The notes below the pieces were generated by a model. The model was not told the origin of the DNA. It saw only the letters and a list, made by a program, of their open reading frames with translations, and made no database searches. A stretch of DNA of 64,000 bases from Eledone cirrhosa (Eukaryota): positions 310,001 to 374,000 of the forward strand of contig OZ024766.1 in NCBI GenBank assembly GCA_964016885.1. Reading direction: 5' to 3'. Position 1 is the stretch's first letter; each line of letters begins with the position of its first letter. Of this stretch, positions 11,030 through 23,700 are shown piece by piece. The translations under genes were made by a program, and so were the position numbers.

Positions 11030-11730
11030 TTGGAAGTTAGATTAGTTGATAGCACACGAAATAACCGAGGAAAGAAATTATTTTCCCACTGAAATGGAGG
11101 GGTGTGTTGTATAAATTGACCTAAACTACACATTATAATACAAGGTAGTAAACAACATGATTAAATAGACGGAGGTAATTTAAATAATAAAGACACTCAT
11201 AATAACAATCTATTTTATATCACATGTAACAGTAGAATCTAGCTATTGTAAAATAAGACAACATTTCAGTCTAGAAGTATTTTCCTGTATATAAAAGTGA
11301 CGAGGAAGAAATATGTCCAAAGTTGTTAAATATTTTCACTTGTATATAATTACTGTATCGTTGAAAGGTTCACATAATTCTATTATTTACACACATTATT
11401 ATAGACTTCAAGTAAATCTTTCTCAACTTACCCTCTTCCCATGTAATCAATGTGTTGTCTTCTTATATTTTATTAAACAAAGAAATAATCTCCTTGTTGT
11501 TGTTGAATAAAAATTTTCAAAGATTGTCTCACCTTTTCTTTGTCCGCCATTGTTGTATCTTCTTATTCTTTAGCCACAGATTCGTATCTTGTCACAATGA
11601 AGAAGGTAAGCTAGCTCTTTTGCCCTACCCCCTTCTTTGTATGCGTGCGTGTGTGTATATATGTATGTCTATATGTGTGTATCTATGTAGGTATATATAT
11701 ATATATATTATGTATATATATGACAAGTAA
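11030..11730. promoter_or_regulatory. Conserved promoter/first-exon block of CDICGK-type genes (copies about 44450-45330 and 53915-54400)
   Basis: Near-identical block 2-3 kb upstream of ZF2, ZF3 and ZF4. Minus-strand donor GTAAGT at 11426-11431, 45029-45034 and 54315-54320. Minus-strand AATGGCGG (YY1-like) near 11545 and 45145. Confidence 0.55.
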
Positions 11731-11789
11731 GTATGTTTTGAAACAGTGAGCAGGTTTTAAAATAGAAAATATTATAGCTTTCATTATAG

Positions 11790-14700
11790 GATGACGTTTT
11801 AGCCATTTTACTAATTTATGATGCCTTTTGAGGCATTTTAGAGTCATTTTAGTCATTTAAGATGCTGTTTTAGTCCTTTTAGTCACTTATGATAACGTTT
11901 TAATCATTTATGATGACGTTTCAGTCCTTTACGATGACGTTTAAGCCATTTTACTCATTCATGATGCCTTTTTAGCCATTTTAGAGTCATTTTAGTCATT
12001 TATGATGCCATTTTAGTCATTTATGATGACGTTTTAATCATTTATGATGACGTTTTAGTAATTTATGATGACGTTTTAGCGATTTTACTTATTTATGATC
12101 CCTTTTTAGCCATTTTAGAGTCATTTTAGTCATTTATGATGCCATTTTAGTAATTTATGATGACGTTTTAGTAATTTATGATGACGTTTTAGCCATTTTA
12201 CTCATTTATGATGCCGTTTTAGCCATTTTAGTCATTCGTGATGCTGTTTTAGCCATTTTTGTCATTTATGATGACGTTTTAGCCATTTTACTCATTTATG
12301 ATGCCTTTTTAGCCATTTTAGACTCATGTTAGTCATTTATGATGCCGTTTTAGCCATTTCATCCATTTATGATGCTCTTTTAGCCATTTTAGTCATTCAT
12401 GATGACGATTTAGCCAATTTGGAGTCATTCTAGTCATTTATGATGCCGTTTTATCCATTTTAGTCATTTCTAATGACGTTTTAGCTATTTAAGATTCATT
12501 TTATTCATTTATGATGCCGTTTTAGCCATTTTAGTCATTTATAATGACGTTTTAGCTATTTAAGAGTTATTTTAGTGATTTATGATGCCGTTTTATCCAC
12601 TTTTGAGTCATTCTAGTCATTCATGATGCCGTTTTAACAATTTTAGTCATTTATAATGACGTATTAGCAATTTAAGAGTCATTTCAGTCATTTATGATGC
12701 CGTTTTAGCCATTTTGGAGTCATCCTAGTCATTTATGATGCCTTTTAGCCATTTTAGTCATTTATAATGCCGTTTTAGCCATTTTAGAGACATTTTAGTC
12801 ATTTATGATGCTATTTTAGCCATTCTAGACACATTTTAGTCATTTACTCATTTAAGATGCCGTTTTAACCATTATGGAGTCATTTTAGTAATTTATGATG
12901 CCGTTTAGGCCATTTTGGAGTCATTCTAGTCATTTATGATGCCGTTTTATCCATTTCAGTCATTTATAATGAAGTTTTAGCTATTTAAGATTTATTATAA
13001 TCATTTATGATGCCGTTTTAGCCATTTTAGTCATTTATAATGACGTTTTAGCTATTTACGAGTCATTTTAGTCATTTATGATGCCGTTTTAGCCATTTTG
13101 GAGTCATTCTAGTCATTTATGATGCCGTTTTAGGCATTTTGGAGTCATCCTAGTCATTTATGATGCTGTTTTAGCCATTTTAGTCATTCTTAATGACGTT
13201 TTAGCTATTTTAGAGTCATTTGAGTCACTTAAGATGCCGTTTTAACCATTTTGGACACATTTTAGTCATTTATGATGCCGTTTTATCCATTTTCGAGTCA
13301 TTCTAGTCACTTATCATGCCGTTTTAGTCATTTATAATGACGTTTTAGCTATTTAAGAGTCATTTTAGTCATTTATGATGCCGTTTTAGCCATTTTGGAG
13401 TCATTCTAGTCATTTATGATGCCGTTTTAGCCATTTTGGAGTCATCCTAGTCATTTATGATGCCTTTTAGCCATTTTAGTCATTTATAATGACGTTTTAG
13501 CTATTTAAGAGTCATTTTAGTCATTTATGATGCCGTTTTATCCACTTTTGAGGCATTCTAGTCATTTATGATGCCGTTTTAACCATTTTAGTCATTTTTA
13601 ATGACGTATTAGCTATTTAAGAGTCATTTCAGTCATTTATGATGCCGTTTTAGCCATTTTATTCATTTATAATGACGTTTTAGCTATTTAAGAGTCATTT
13701 CAGTCATTTATGATGCCGTTTTAATCATTTATAATGACGTTTTAGCTATTTAAGAGTCATTTCAGTCATTTATGATGCCGTGTTAGCCATTTTAGTCATT
13801 TATTATGCCGTTTTAGCCATTTTAGAGTCATTTTAGTCATTTATGAAGCTATTTCAGCCATTCTAGACACATTTAATCATTCATAATAGCGTTTTACCCA
13901 TTTTACTCATTTATAATGACGTTTTAGCCACTTTAGAGTCATTTTAGTCATTTATGATGCCGTTTTAGCCATTTTGGAGTCATTCTAGTCATTTATGATG
14001 CCGTTTTAGCCATTTTAGTCATTTCTAATGACGTTTTATGTATTTTAGAGACATTTGAGTCATTTAAGATGCCGTTCTAAGCATTTTGGAGTCATTTTAG
14101 TCATTTATGATGCCGTATTAACCATTTGAGTCATTCATAATGACGTTTTAGCTATTTAAGAGTCATTTTAGTCATTTATGATGCCGTTTTAGCTATTTTA
14201 GTCATTTATAATGACATTTTAGCTATTTAAGAGTCATTTTAGTCATTTATGATGCCTTTTTATCCATTTTTGAGTCATTCTAGTCATTTATGATGCCGTT
14301 TTAGCCATTTTAGTCATTTATAATGACGTATTAGCTATTTAAGAGTCATTTCAGTCATTTATGATGCCGTTTTAGCCTTTTTATTCATTTATAATGACGT
14401 TTTAGCTATTTACGAGTCATTTCAGTCATTTATGATGCCGTTTTAATCATTTATAATGACGTTTTAGCTATTTAAGAGTCATTTCAGTCATTTATGATGC
14501 CGTGTTAGCCATTTTAGTCATTTATTATGCCGTTTTAGCCATTTTAGAGTCATTTTAGTCATTTATGAAGCTATTTCAGCCATTCTAGACACATTTAATC
14601 ATTCATAATAGCGTTTTACCCATTTTACTCATTTATAATGACGTTTTAGCCACTCTAGAGTCATTTTAGTCATTTATGATGCCGTTTTAGCCATTTTGGA

Positions 14701-17700
14701 GTCATTCTAGTCATTTATGATGCCGTTTTAGCCATTTTAGTCATTCCTAATGACGTTTTATGTATTTTAGAGACATTTGAGTCATTTAAGAGGCCGTTCT
14801 AAGCATTTTGGAGTCATTTTAGTCATTTATGATGCCGTATTAACCATTTGAGTCATTTATAATGACGTTTTAGCTATTTAAGAGTCATTTTAGTTATTTA
14901 TGATGCCGTTTTAGCCATTTTAGTCATTTATAATGACGTTTTAGCTATTTAAGAGTCATTTTAGTCATTTATGATGCCTTTTTATCCATTTTTGAGTCAT
15001 TCTAGTCATTTATGATGCCGTTTTAACCATTTTAGTCATTTATAATGACGTATTAGCTATTTAAGAGTCATTTCAGTCATTTATGATGCCGTTTTAGCCA
15101 TTTTAGTCATTTATAATGACGTTTTAGCTATTTAAGAGTAATTTTAGTCATTTATGATGCCGTTTTAGCCATTTTAGTCATTTATAATGCTGTTTTAGCC
15201 ATTTTAGAGTCATTTTAGTTATTTATGATGCCGTTTTAGCCATTTTAGTCATTTATAATGACGTTTTAGCTATTTAAGAGTCATTTTAGTTATTTATGAT
15301 GCCGTTTTAGCCATTTTAGTCATTTATAATGACGTTTTAGCTATTTAAGAGTCATTTTAGTCATTTATGATGCCGTTTTAGCCATTTTGGAGTCATTGTA
15401 CTCATTTATGATGCCGTTTTAACCATTTTAGTCATTTATAATGACGTTTTAGCTATTTAAGAGTCATTTCAGTCATTTATGATGCCGTGTTAGCCATTTT
15501 AGTCATTTATAATGCTGTTTTAGCAATTTTAGAGTCATTTTAGTCATTTATGAAGCTATTTCAGCCATTCTAGACACATTTAATCATTCATAATAGCGTT
15601 TTACCCATTTTACTCATTTATAATGACGTTTTAGCCACTATAGAGTCATTTTAGTCATTTATGATGCCGTTTTAGCCATTTTAGAGTCATTTTAGTCATT
15701 TATGATGCCATTTTAGAGTCATTTTAGTCATTTATGATGCCGTTTTAGCCATTTTAGAGTCATTTTAGTCATTTATGATGCCGTTTTAGCCATTTTAGAG
15801 TCATTTTAGTCATTTATGATGCCGTTTTAGCCATTTTAGAGTCATTTTAGTCATTTATGATGCCGTTTTAGCCATTTTACAGTCATTTTAGTCATTTATG
15901 ATGCCGTTTTAGCCATTTTAGAGTCATTTTAGTCATTTATAATGCCGTTTTAGCCATTTTAGAGTCATTTTAGTCATTTATGATGCCGTTTTAGCCATTT
16001 TAGAGTCATTTTAGTCATTTATGATGCCGTTTTAGCCATTTTAGAGTCATTTTAGTCATTTATGATGCCGTTTTAGCCATTTTAGAGTCATTTTAGTCAT
16101 TTATGAAGCTATTTCAGCCATTCTAGACACATTTAATCATTCATAATAGCGTTTTACCCATTTTACTCATTTATAATGACGTTTTAGCCACTTTAGAGTC
16201 ATTTTAGTCATTTATGATGCCGTTTTAGCCATTTTAGAGTCATTTTAGTCATTTATGATGCCGTTTTAGCCATTTTAGAGTCATTTTAGTCATTTATGAT
16301 GCCGTTTTAGCCATTTTAGAGTCATTTTAGTCATTTATGATGCCGTTTTAGCCATTTTAGAGTCATTTTAGTCATTTATGAAGCTATTTCAGCCATTCTA
16401 GACACATTTAATCATTCATAATAGCGTTTTAACCCATTTTACTCATTTATAATGACGTTTTAGCCGCTTTAGAGTCATTTTAGTCATTTATGATGCCGTT
16501 TTAGCCATTTTAGAGTCATTTTAGTCATTTATGATGCCGTTTTAGCCATTTTAGAGTCATTTTAGTCATTTATGATGCCGTTTTAGCCATTTTAGAGTCA
16601 TTTTAGTCATTTATGAAGCTATTTCAGCCATTCTAGACACATTTAATCATTCATAATAGCGTTTTACCCATTTTACTCATTTATAATGACGTTTTAGCCA
16701 CTTTAGAGTCATTTTAGTCATTTATGATGCCGTTTTAGCCATTTTAGAGTCATTTTAGTCATTTATGATGCCGTTTTAGCCATTTTAGAGTCATTTTAGT
16801 CATTTATGATGCCGTTTTAGCCATTTTAGAGTCATTTTAGTCATTTATGAAGCTATTTCAGCCATTCTAGACACATTTAATCATTCATAATAGCGTTTTA
16901 CCCATTTTACTCATTTATAATGACGTTTTAGCCACTTTAGAGTCATTTTACTCATTTATGATGCCGTTTTAGCCATTTTAGAGTCATTTTAGTCATTTAT
17001 GATGCCGTTTTAGCCATTTTAGAGTCATTTTAGTCATTTATGATGCCGTTTTAGCCATTTTAGAGTCATTTTAGTCATTTATGATGCCGTTTTAGCCATT
17101 TTAGAGTCATTTTAGTCATTTATGATGCCGTTTTAGCCATTTTAGAGTCATTTTAGTCATTTATGATGCCGTTTTAGCCATTTTAGAGTCATTTTAGTCA
17201 TTTATGATGCCGTTTTAGCCATTTTAGAGTCATTTTAGTCATTTATGATGCCGTTTTAGCCATTTTAGGGTCATTTTAGTCATTTATGATGCCGTTTTAG
17301 CCATTTTAGAGTCATTTTAGTCATTTATGATGCCGTTTTAGCCATTTTAGAGTCATTTTAGTCATTTATGATGCCGTTTTAGCCATTTTAGAGTCATTTT
17401 AGTCATTTATGAAGCTATTTCAGCCATTCTAGACACATTTAATCATTCATAATAGCGTTTTACCCATTTTACTCATTTATAATGACGTTTTAGCCACTTT
17501 AGAGTCATTTTAGTCATTTATGATGCCGTTTTAGCCATTTTAGAGTCATTTTAGTCATTTATGATGCCGTTTTAGCCATTTTAGAGTCATTTTAGTCATT
17601 TATGATGCCGTTTTAGCCATTTTAGAGTCATTTTAGTCATTTATGATGCCGTTTTAGCCATTTTAGAGTCATTTTAGTCATTTATGAAGCTATTTCAGCC

Positions 17701-20700
17701 ATTCTAGACACATTTAATCATTCATAATAGCGTTTTACCCATTTTACTCATTTATAATGACGTTTTAGCCACTTTAGAGTCATTTTAGTCATTTATGATG
17801 CCGTTTTAGCCATTTTAGAGTCATTTTAGTCATTTATGATGCCGTTTTAGCCACTTTAGAGTCATTTTAGTCATTTATGATGCCGTTTTAGCGATTTTAG
17901 AGTCATTTTAGTCATTTATGATGCCGTTTTAGCCATTTTAGAGTCATTTTAGTCATTTATGATGCCGTTTTAGCCATTTTAGAGTTATTTTAGTCATTTA
18001 TGATGCCGTTTTAGCCATTTTAGAGTCATTTTAGTCATTTATGATGCCGTTTTAGCCATTTTAGAGTCATTTTAGTCATTTATGATGCCGTTTTAGCCAT
18101 TTTAGAGTCATTTTAGTCATTTGTGATGCCGTTTTAGCCATTTTAGAGTCATTTTAGTCATTTATGATGCCGTTTTAGCCATTTTAGAGTCATTTTAGTC
18201 ATTTATGATGCCGTTTTAGCCATTTTAGAGTCATTTTAGTCATTTATGATGCCGTTTTAGCCATTTTAGAGTCATTTTAGTCATTTATGATGCCGTTTTA
18301 GCCATTTTAGAGTCATTTTAGTCATTTATGATGCCGTTTTAGCCATTTTAGAGTCATTTTAGTCATTTATGAAGCTATTTCAGCCATTCTAGACACATTT
18401 AATCATTCATAATAGCGTTTTACCCATTTTACTCATTTATAATGACGTTTTAGCCACTTTAGAGTCATTTTAGTCATTTATGATGCCGTTTTAGCCATTT
18501 TAGAGTCATTTTAGTCATTTATGATGCCGTTTTAGCCATTTTAGAGTCATTTTAGTCATTTATGATGCCGTTTTAGCCATTTTAGAGTCATTTTAGTCAT
18601 TTATGATGCCGTTTTAGCCATTTTAGAGTCATTTTAGTCATTTATGATGCCGTTTTAGCCATTTTAGAGTCATTTTAGTCATTTATGATGCCGTTTTAGC
18701 CATTTTAGAGTCATTTTAGTCATTTATGAAGCTATTTCAGCCATTCTAGACACATTTAATCATTCATAATAGCGTTTTACCCATTTTACTCATTTATAAT
18801 GACGTTTTAGCCACTTTAGAGTCATTTTAGTCATTTATGATGCCGTTTTAGCCATTTTAGAGTCATTTTAGTCATTTATGATGCCGTTTTAGCCATTTTA
18901 GAGTCATTTTAGTCATTTATGATGCCGTTTTAGCCATTTTAGAGTCATTTTAGTCATTTATGATGCCGTTTTAGCCATTTTAGAGTCATTTTAGTCATTT
19001 ATGAAGCTATTTCAGCCATTCTAGACACATTTAATCATTCATAATAGCGTTTTACCCATTTTACTCATTTATAATGACGTTTTAGCCACTTTAGAGTCAT
19101 TTTAGTCATTTATGATGCCGTTTTAGCCATTTTAGAGTCATTTTAGTCATTTATGATGCCGTTTTAGCCATTTTAGAGTCATTTTAGTCATTTATGATGC
19201 CGTTTTAGCCATTTTAGAGTCATTTTAGTCATTTATGAAGCTATTTCAGCCATTCTAGACACATTTAATCATTCATAATAGCGTTTTACCCATTTTACTC
19301 ATTTATAATGACGTTTTAGCCACTTTAGAGTCATTTTCGTCATTTATGATGCCGTTTTAGCCATTTTAGAGTCATTTTAGTCATTTATGATGCCGTTTTA
19401 GCCATTTTAGAGTCATTTTAGTCATTTATGATGCCGTTTTAGCCATTTTAGAGTCATTTTAGTCATTTATGAAGCTATTTCAGCCATTCTAGACACATTT
19501 AATCATTCATAATAGCGTTTTACCCATTTTACTCATTTATAATGACGTTTTAGCCACTTTAGAGTCATTTTACTCATTTATGATGCCGTTTTAGCCATTT
19601 TAGAGTCATTTTAGTCATTTATGATGCCGTTTTAGCCATTTTAGAGTCATTTTAGTCATTTATGATGCCGTTTTAGCCATTTTAGAGTCATTTTAGTCAT
19701 TTATGATGCCATTTTAGAGTCATTTTAGTCATTTATGATGCCGTTTTAGCCATTTTAGAGTCATTTTAGTCATTTATGATGCCGTTTTAGCCATTTTAGA
19801 GTCATTTTAGTCATTTATGATGCCGTTTTAGCCATTTTAGAGTCATTTTAGTCATTTATGAAGCTATTTCAGCCATTGTAGACACATTTAATCATTCATA
19901 ATAGCGTTTTACCCATTTTACTCATTTATAATGACGTTTTAGCCACTTTAGAGTCATTTTAGTCATTTATGATGCCGTTTTAGCCATTTTAGAGTCATTT
20001 TAGTCACTTATGATGCCGTTTTAGCCATTTTAGAGTCATTTTAGTCATTTATGATGCCGTTTTAGCCACTTTAGAGTCATTTTAGTCATTTATGATGCCG
20101 TTTTAGCGATTTTAGAGTCATTTTAGTCATTTATGATGCCGTTTTAGCCATTTTAGAGTCATTTTAGTCATTTATGATGCCGTTTTAGCCATTTTAGAGT
20201 CATTTTAGTCATTTATGATGCCGTTTTAGCCATTTTAGAGTCATTTTAGTCATTTATGATGCCGTTTTAGCCATTTTAGAGTCATTTTAGTCATTTATGA
20301 TGCCGTTTTAGCCATTTTAGAGTCATTTTAGTCATTTATGATGCCGTTTTAGCCATTTTAGAGTCATTTTAGTCATTTATGATGCCGTTTTAGCCATTTT
20401 AGAGTCATTTTAGTCATTTATGATGCCGTTTTAGAGTCATTTTAGTCATTTATGATGCCGTTTTAGCCATTTTAGAGTCATTTTAGTCATTTATGATGCC
20501 GTTTAAGCCATTTTAGAGTCATTTTAGTCATTTATGATGCCGTTTTAGCCATTTTAGAGTCATTTTAGTCATTTATGATGCCGTTTTAGCCATTTTAGAG
20601 TCATTTTAGTCATTTATGATGCCGTTTTAGCCATTTTAGAGTCATTTTAGTCATTTATGAAGCTATTTCAGCCATTCTAGACACATTTAATCATTCATAA

Positions 20701-23700
20701 TAGCGTTTTACCCATTTTACTCATTTATAATGACGTTTTAGCCCCTTTAGAGTCATTTTCGTCATTTATGATGCCGTTTTAGCCATTTTAGAGTCATTTT
20801 AGTCATTTATGATGCCGTTTTAGCCATTTTAGAGTCATTTTAGTCATTTATGATGCCGTTTTAGCCATTTTAGAGTCATTTTAGTCATTTATGATGCCGT
20901 TTTAGCCATTTTAGAGTCATTTTAGTCATTTATGAAGCTATTTCAGCCATTGTAGACACATTTAATCATTCATAATAGCGTTTTACCCATTTTACTCATT
21001 TATAATGACGTTTTAGCCACTTTAGAGTCATTTTAGTCATTTATGATGCCGTTTTAGCCATTTTAGAGTCATTTTAGTCACTTATGATGCCGTTTTAGCC
21101 ATTTTAGAGTCATTTTAGTCATTTATGATGCCGTTTTAAGCCACTTTAGAGTCATTTTAGTCATTTATGATGCCGTTTTAGCGATTTTAGAGTCATTTTA
21201 GTCATTCATGATGCCGTTTTAGCCATTTTAGAGTCATTTTAGTCATTTATGATGCCGTTTTAGCCATTTTAGAGTCATTTTAGTCATTTATGATGCCGTT
21301 TTAGCCATTTTAGAGTCATTTTAGTCATTTATGATGCCGTTTCTAGCCATTTTAGAGTCATTTTAGTCATTTATGATGCCGTTTTAGCCATTTTAGAGTC
21401 ATTTTAGTCATTTATGATGCCGTTTTAGCCATTTTAGAGTCATTTTAGTCATTTATGATGCCGTTTTAGCCATTTTAGAGTCATTTTAGTCATTTATGAT
21501 GCCGTTTTAGCCATTTTAGAGTCATTTTAGTCATTTATGATGCCGTTTTAGCCATTTTAGAGTCATTTTAGTCATTTATGATGCCGTTTTAGCCATTTTA
21601 GAGTCATTTTAGTCATTTATGATGCCGTTTTAGCAATTTTAGAGTCATTTTAGTCATTTATGATGCCGTTTTAGCCATTTTAGAGTCATTTTAGTCATTT
21701 ATGATGCCGTTTTAGCCATTTTAGAGTCATTTTAGTCATTTATGAAGCTATTTCAGCCATTCTAGACACATTTAATCATTCATAATAGCGTTTTTACCCA
21801 TTTTACTCATTTATAATGACGTTTGCCACTTTAGAGTCATTTTAGTCATTTATGATGCCGTTTAGCCATTTTAGAGTCATTTTAGTCATTCATGATGCCG
21901 TTTTAGCCATTTTAGAGTCATTTTAGTCATTTATGATGCCGTTTTAGCCATTTTAGAGTCATTTTAGTCATTTATGATGCCGTTTTAGCCATTTTAGAGT
22001 CATTTTAGTCATTTATGATGCCGTTTTAGCCATTTTAGAGTCATTTTAGTCATTTATGATGCCGTTTTAGCCATTTTAGAGTCATTTTAGTCATTTATGA
22101 AGCTATTCAGCCATTCTAGACACATTTAATCATTCATAATAGCGTTTTACCCATTTTACTCATTTATAATGACGTTTTAGCCACTTTAGAGTCATTTTAG
22201 TCATTTATGATGCCGTTTTAGCCATTTTAGAGTCATTTTAGTCATTTATGATGCCGTTTTAGCCATTTTAGAGTCATTTTAGTCATTTATGATGCCGTTT
22301 TAGCCATTTTAGCGTCATTTTAGTCATTTATGATGCCGTTTTAGCCATTTTAGAGTCATTTTAGTCATTTATGATGCCGTTTTAGCCATTTTAGAGTCAT
22401 TTTAGTCATTTATGAAGCTATTTCAGCCATTCTAGACACATTTAATCATTCATAATAGCGTTTTACCCATTTTACTCATTTATAATGACGTTTTAGCCAC
22501 TTTAGAGTCATTTTAGTCATTTATGATGCCGTTTTAGCCATTTTAGAGTCATTTTAGCCATTTATGATGCCGTTTTAGCCATTTTAGAGTCATTTTAGTC
22601 ATTTATGATGCCGTTTTAGCCATTTTAGAGTCATTTTAGTCATTTATGATGCCGTTTTAGCCATTTTAGAGTCATTTTAGTCATTTATGATGCCGTTTTA
22701 GCCATTTTAGAGTCATTTTAGTCATTTATGATGCCGTTTTAGCCATTTTAGAGTCATTTTAGTCATTTATGATGCCGTTTTAGCCATTTTAGAGTCATTT
22801 TAGTCATTTATGATGCCGTTTTAGCCATTTTAGAGTCATTTTAGTCATTTATGATGCCGTTTTAGCCATTTTAGAGTCATTTTAGTCATTTATGATGCCG
22901 TTTTAGCCATTTTAGAGTCATTTTAGTCATTTATGATGCCGTTTTAGCCATTTTAGAGTCATTTTAGTCATTTATGATGCCGTTTTAGCCATTTTAGAGT
23001 CATTTTAGTCATTTATGAAGCTATTTCAGCCATTTTAGACACATTTAATCATTCATAATAGCGTTTTACCCATTTTACTCATTTATAATGACGTTTTAGC
23101 CACTTTAGAGTCATTTTAGTCATTTATGATGCCGTTTTAGCCATTTTAGAGTCATTTTAGTCATTTATGATGCCGTTTTAGCCATTTTAGAGTCATTTTA
23201 GTCATTTATGATGCCGCTTTAGCCATTTTAGAGTCATTTTAGTCATTTATGATGCCGTTTTAGCCATTTTAGAGTCATTTTAGTCATTTATGATGCCGTT
23301 TTAGCCATTTTAGAGTCATTTTAGTCATTTATGATGCCGTTTTAGCCATTTTAGAGTCATTTTAGTCATTTATGATGCCGTTTTAGCCATTTTAGAGTCA
23401 TTTTAGTCATTTATGATGCCGTTTTAGCCATTTTAGAGTCATTTTAGTCATTTATGATGCCGTTTTAGCCATTTTAGAGTCATTTTAGTCATTTATGATG
23501 CCGTTTTAGCATTTTAGAGTCATTTTAGTCATTTATGAAGCTATTTCAGCCATTCTAGACACATTTAATCATTCATAATAGCGTTTTACCCATTTTACTC
23601 ATTTATAATGACGTTTTAGCCACTTTAGAGTCATTTTAGTCATTTATGATGCCGTTTTAGCCATTTTAGAGTCATTTTAGTCATTTATGATGCCGTTTTA

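Noticed and set aside
11313-11730. ORFs MSKVVKYF.. conserved in three copies
   Set aside because: Conservation is explained by recent duplication. Lengths and stops differ, and there is no coding signature.
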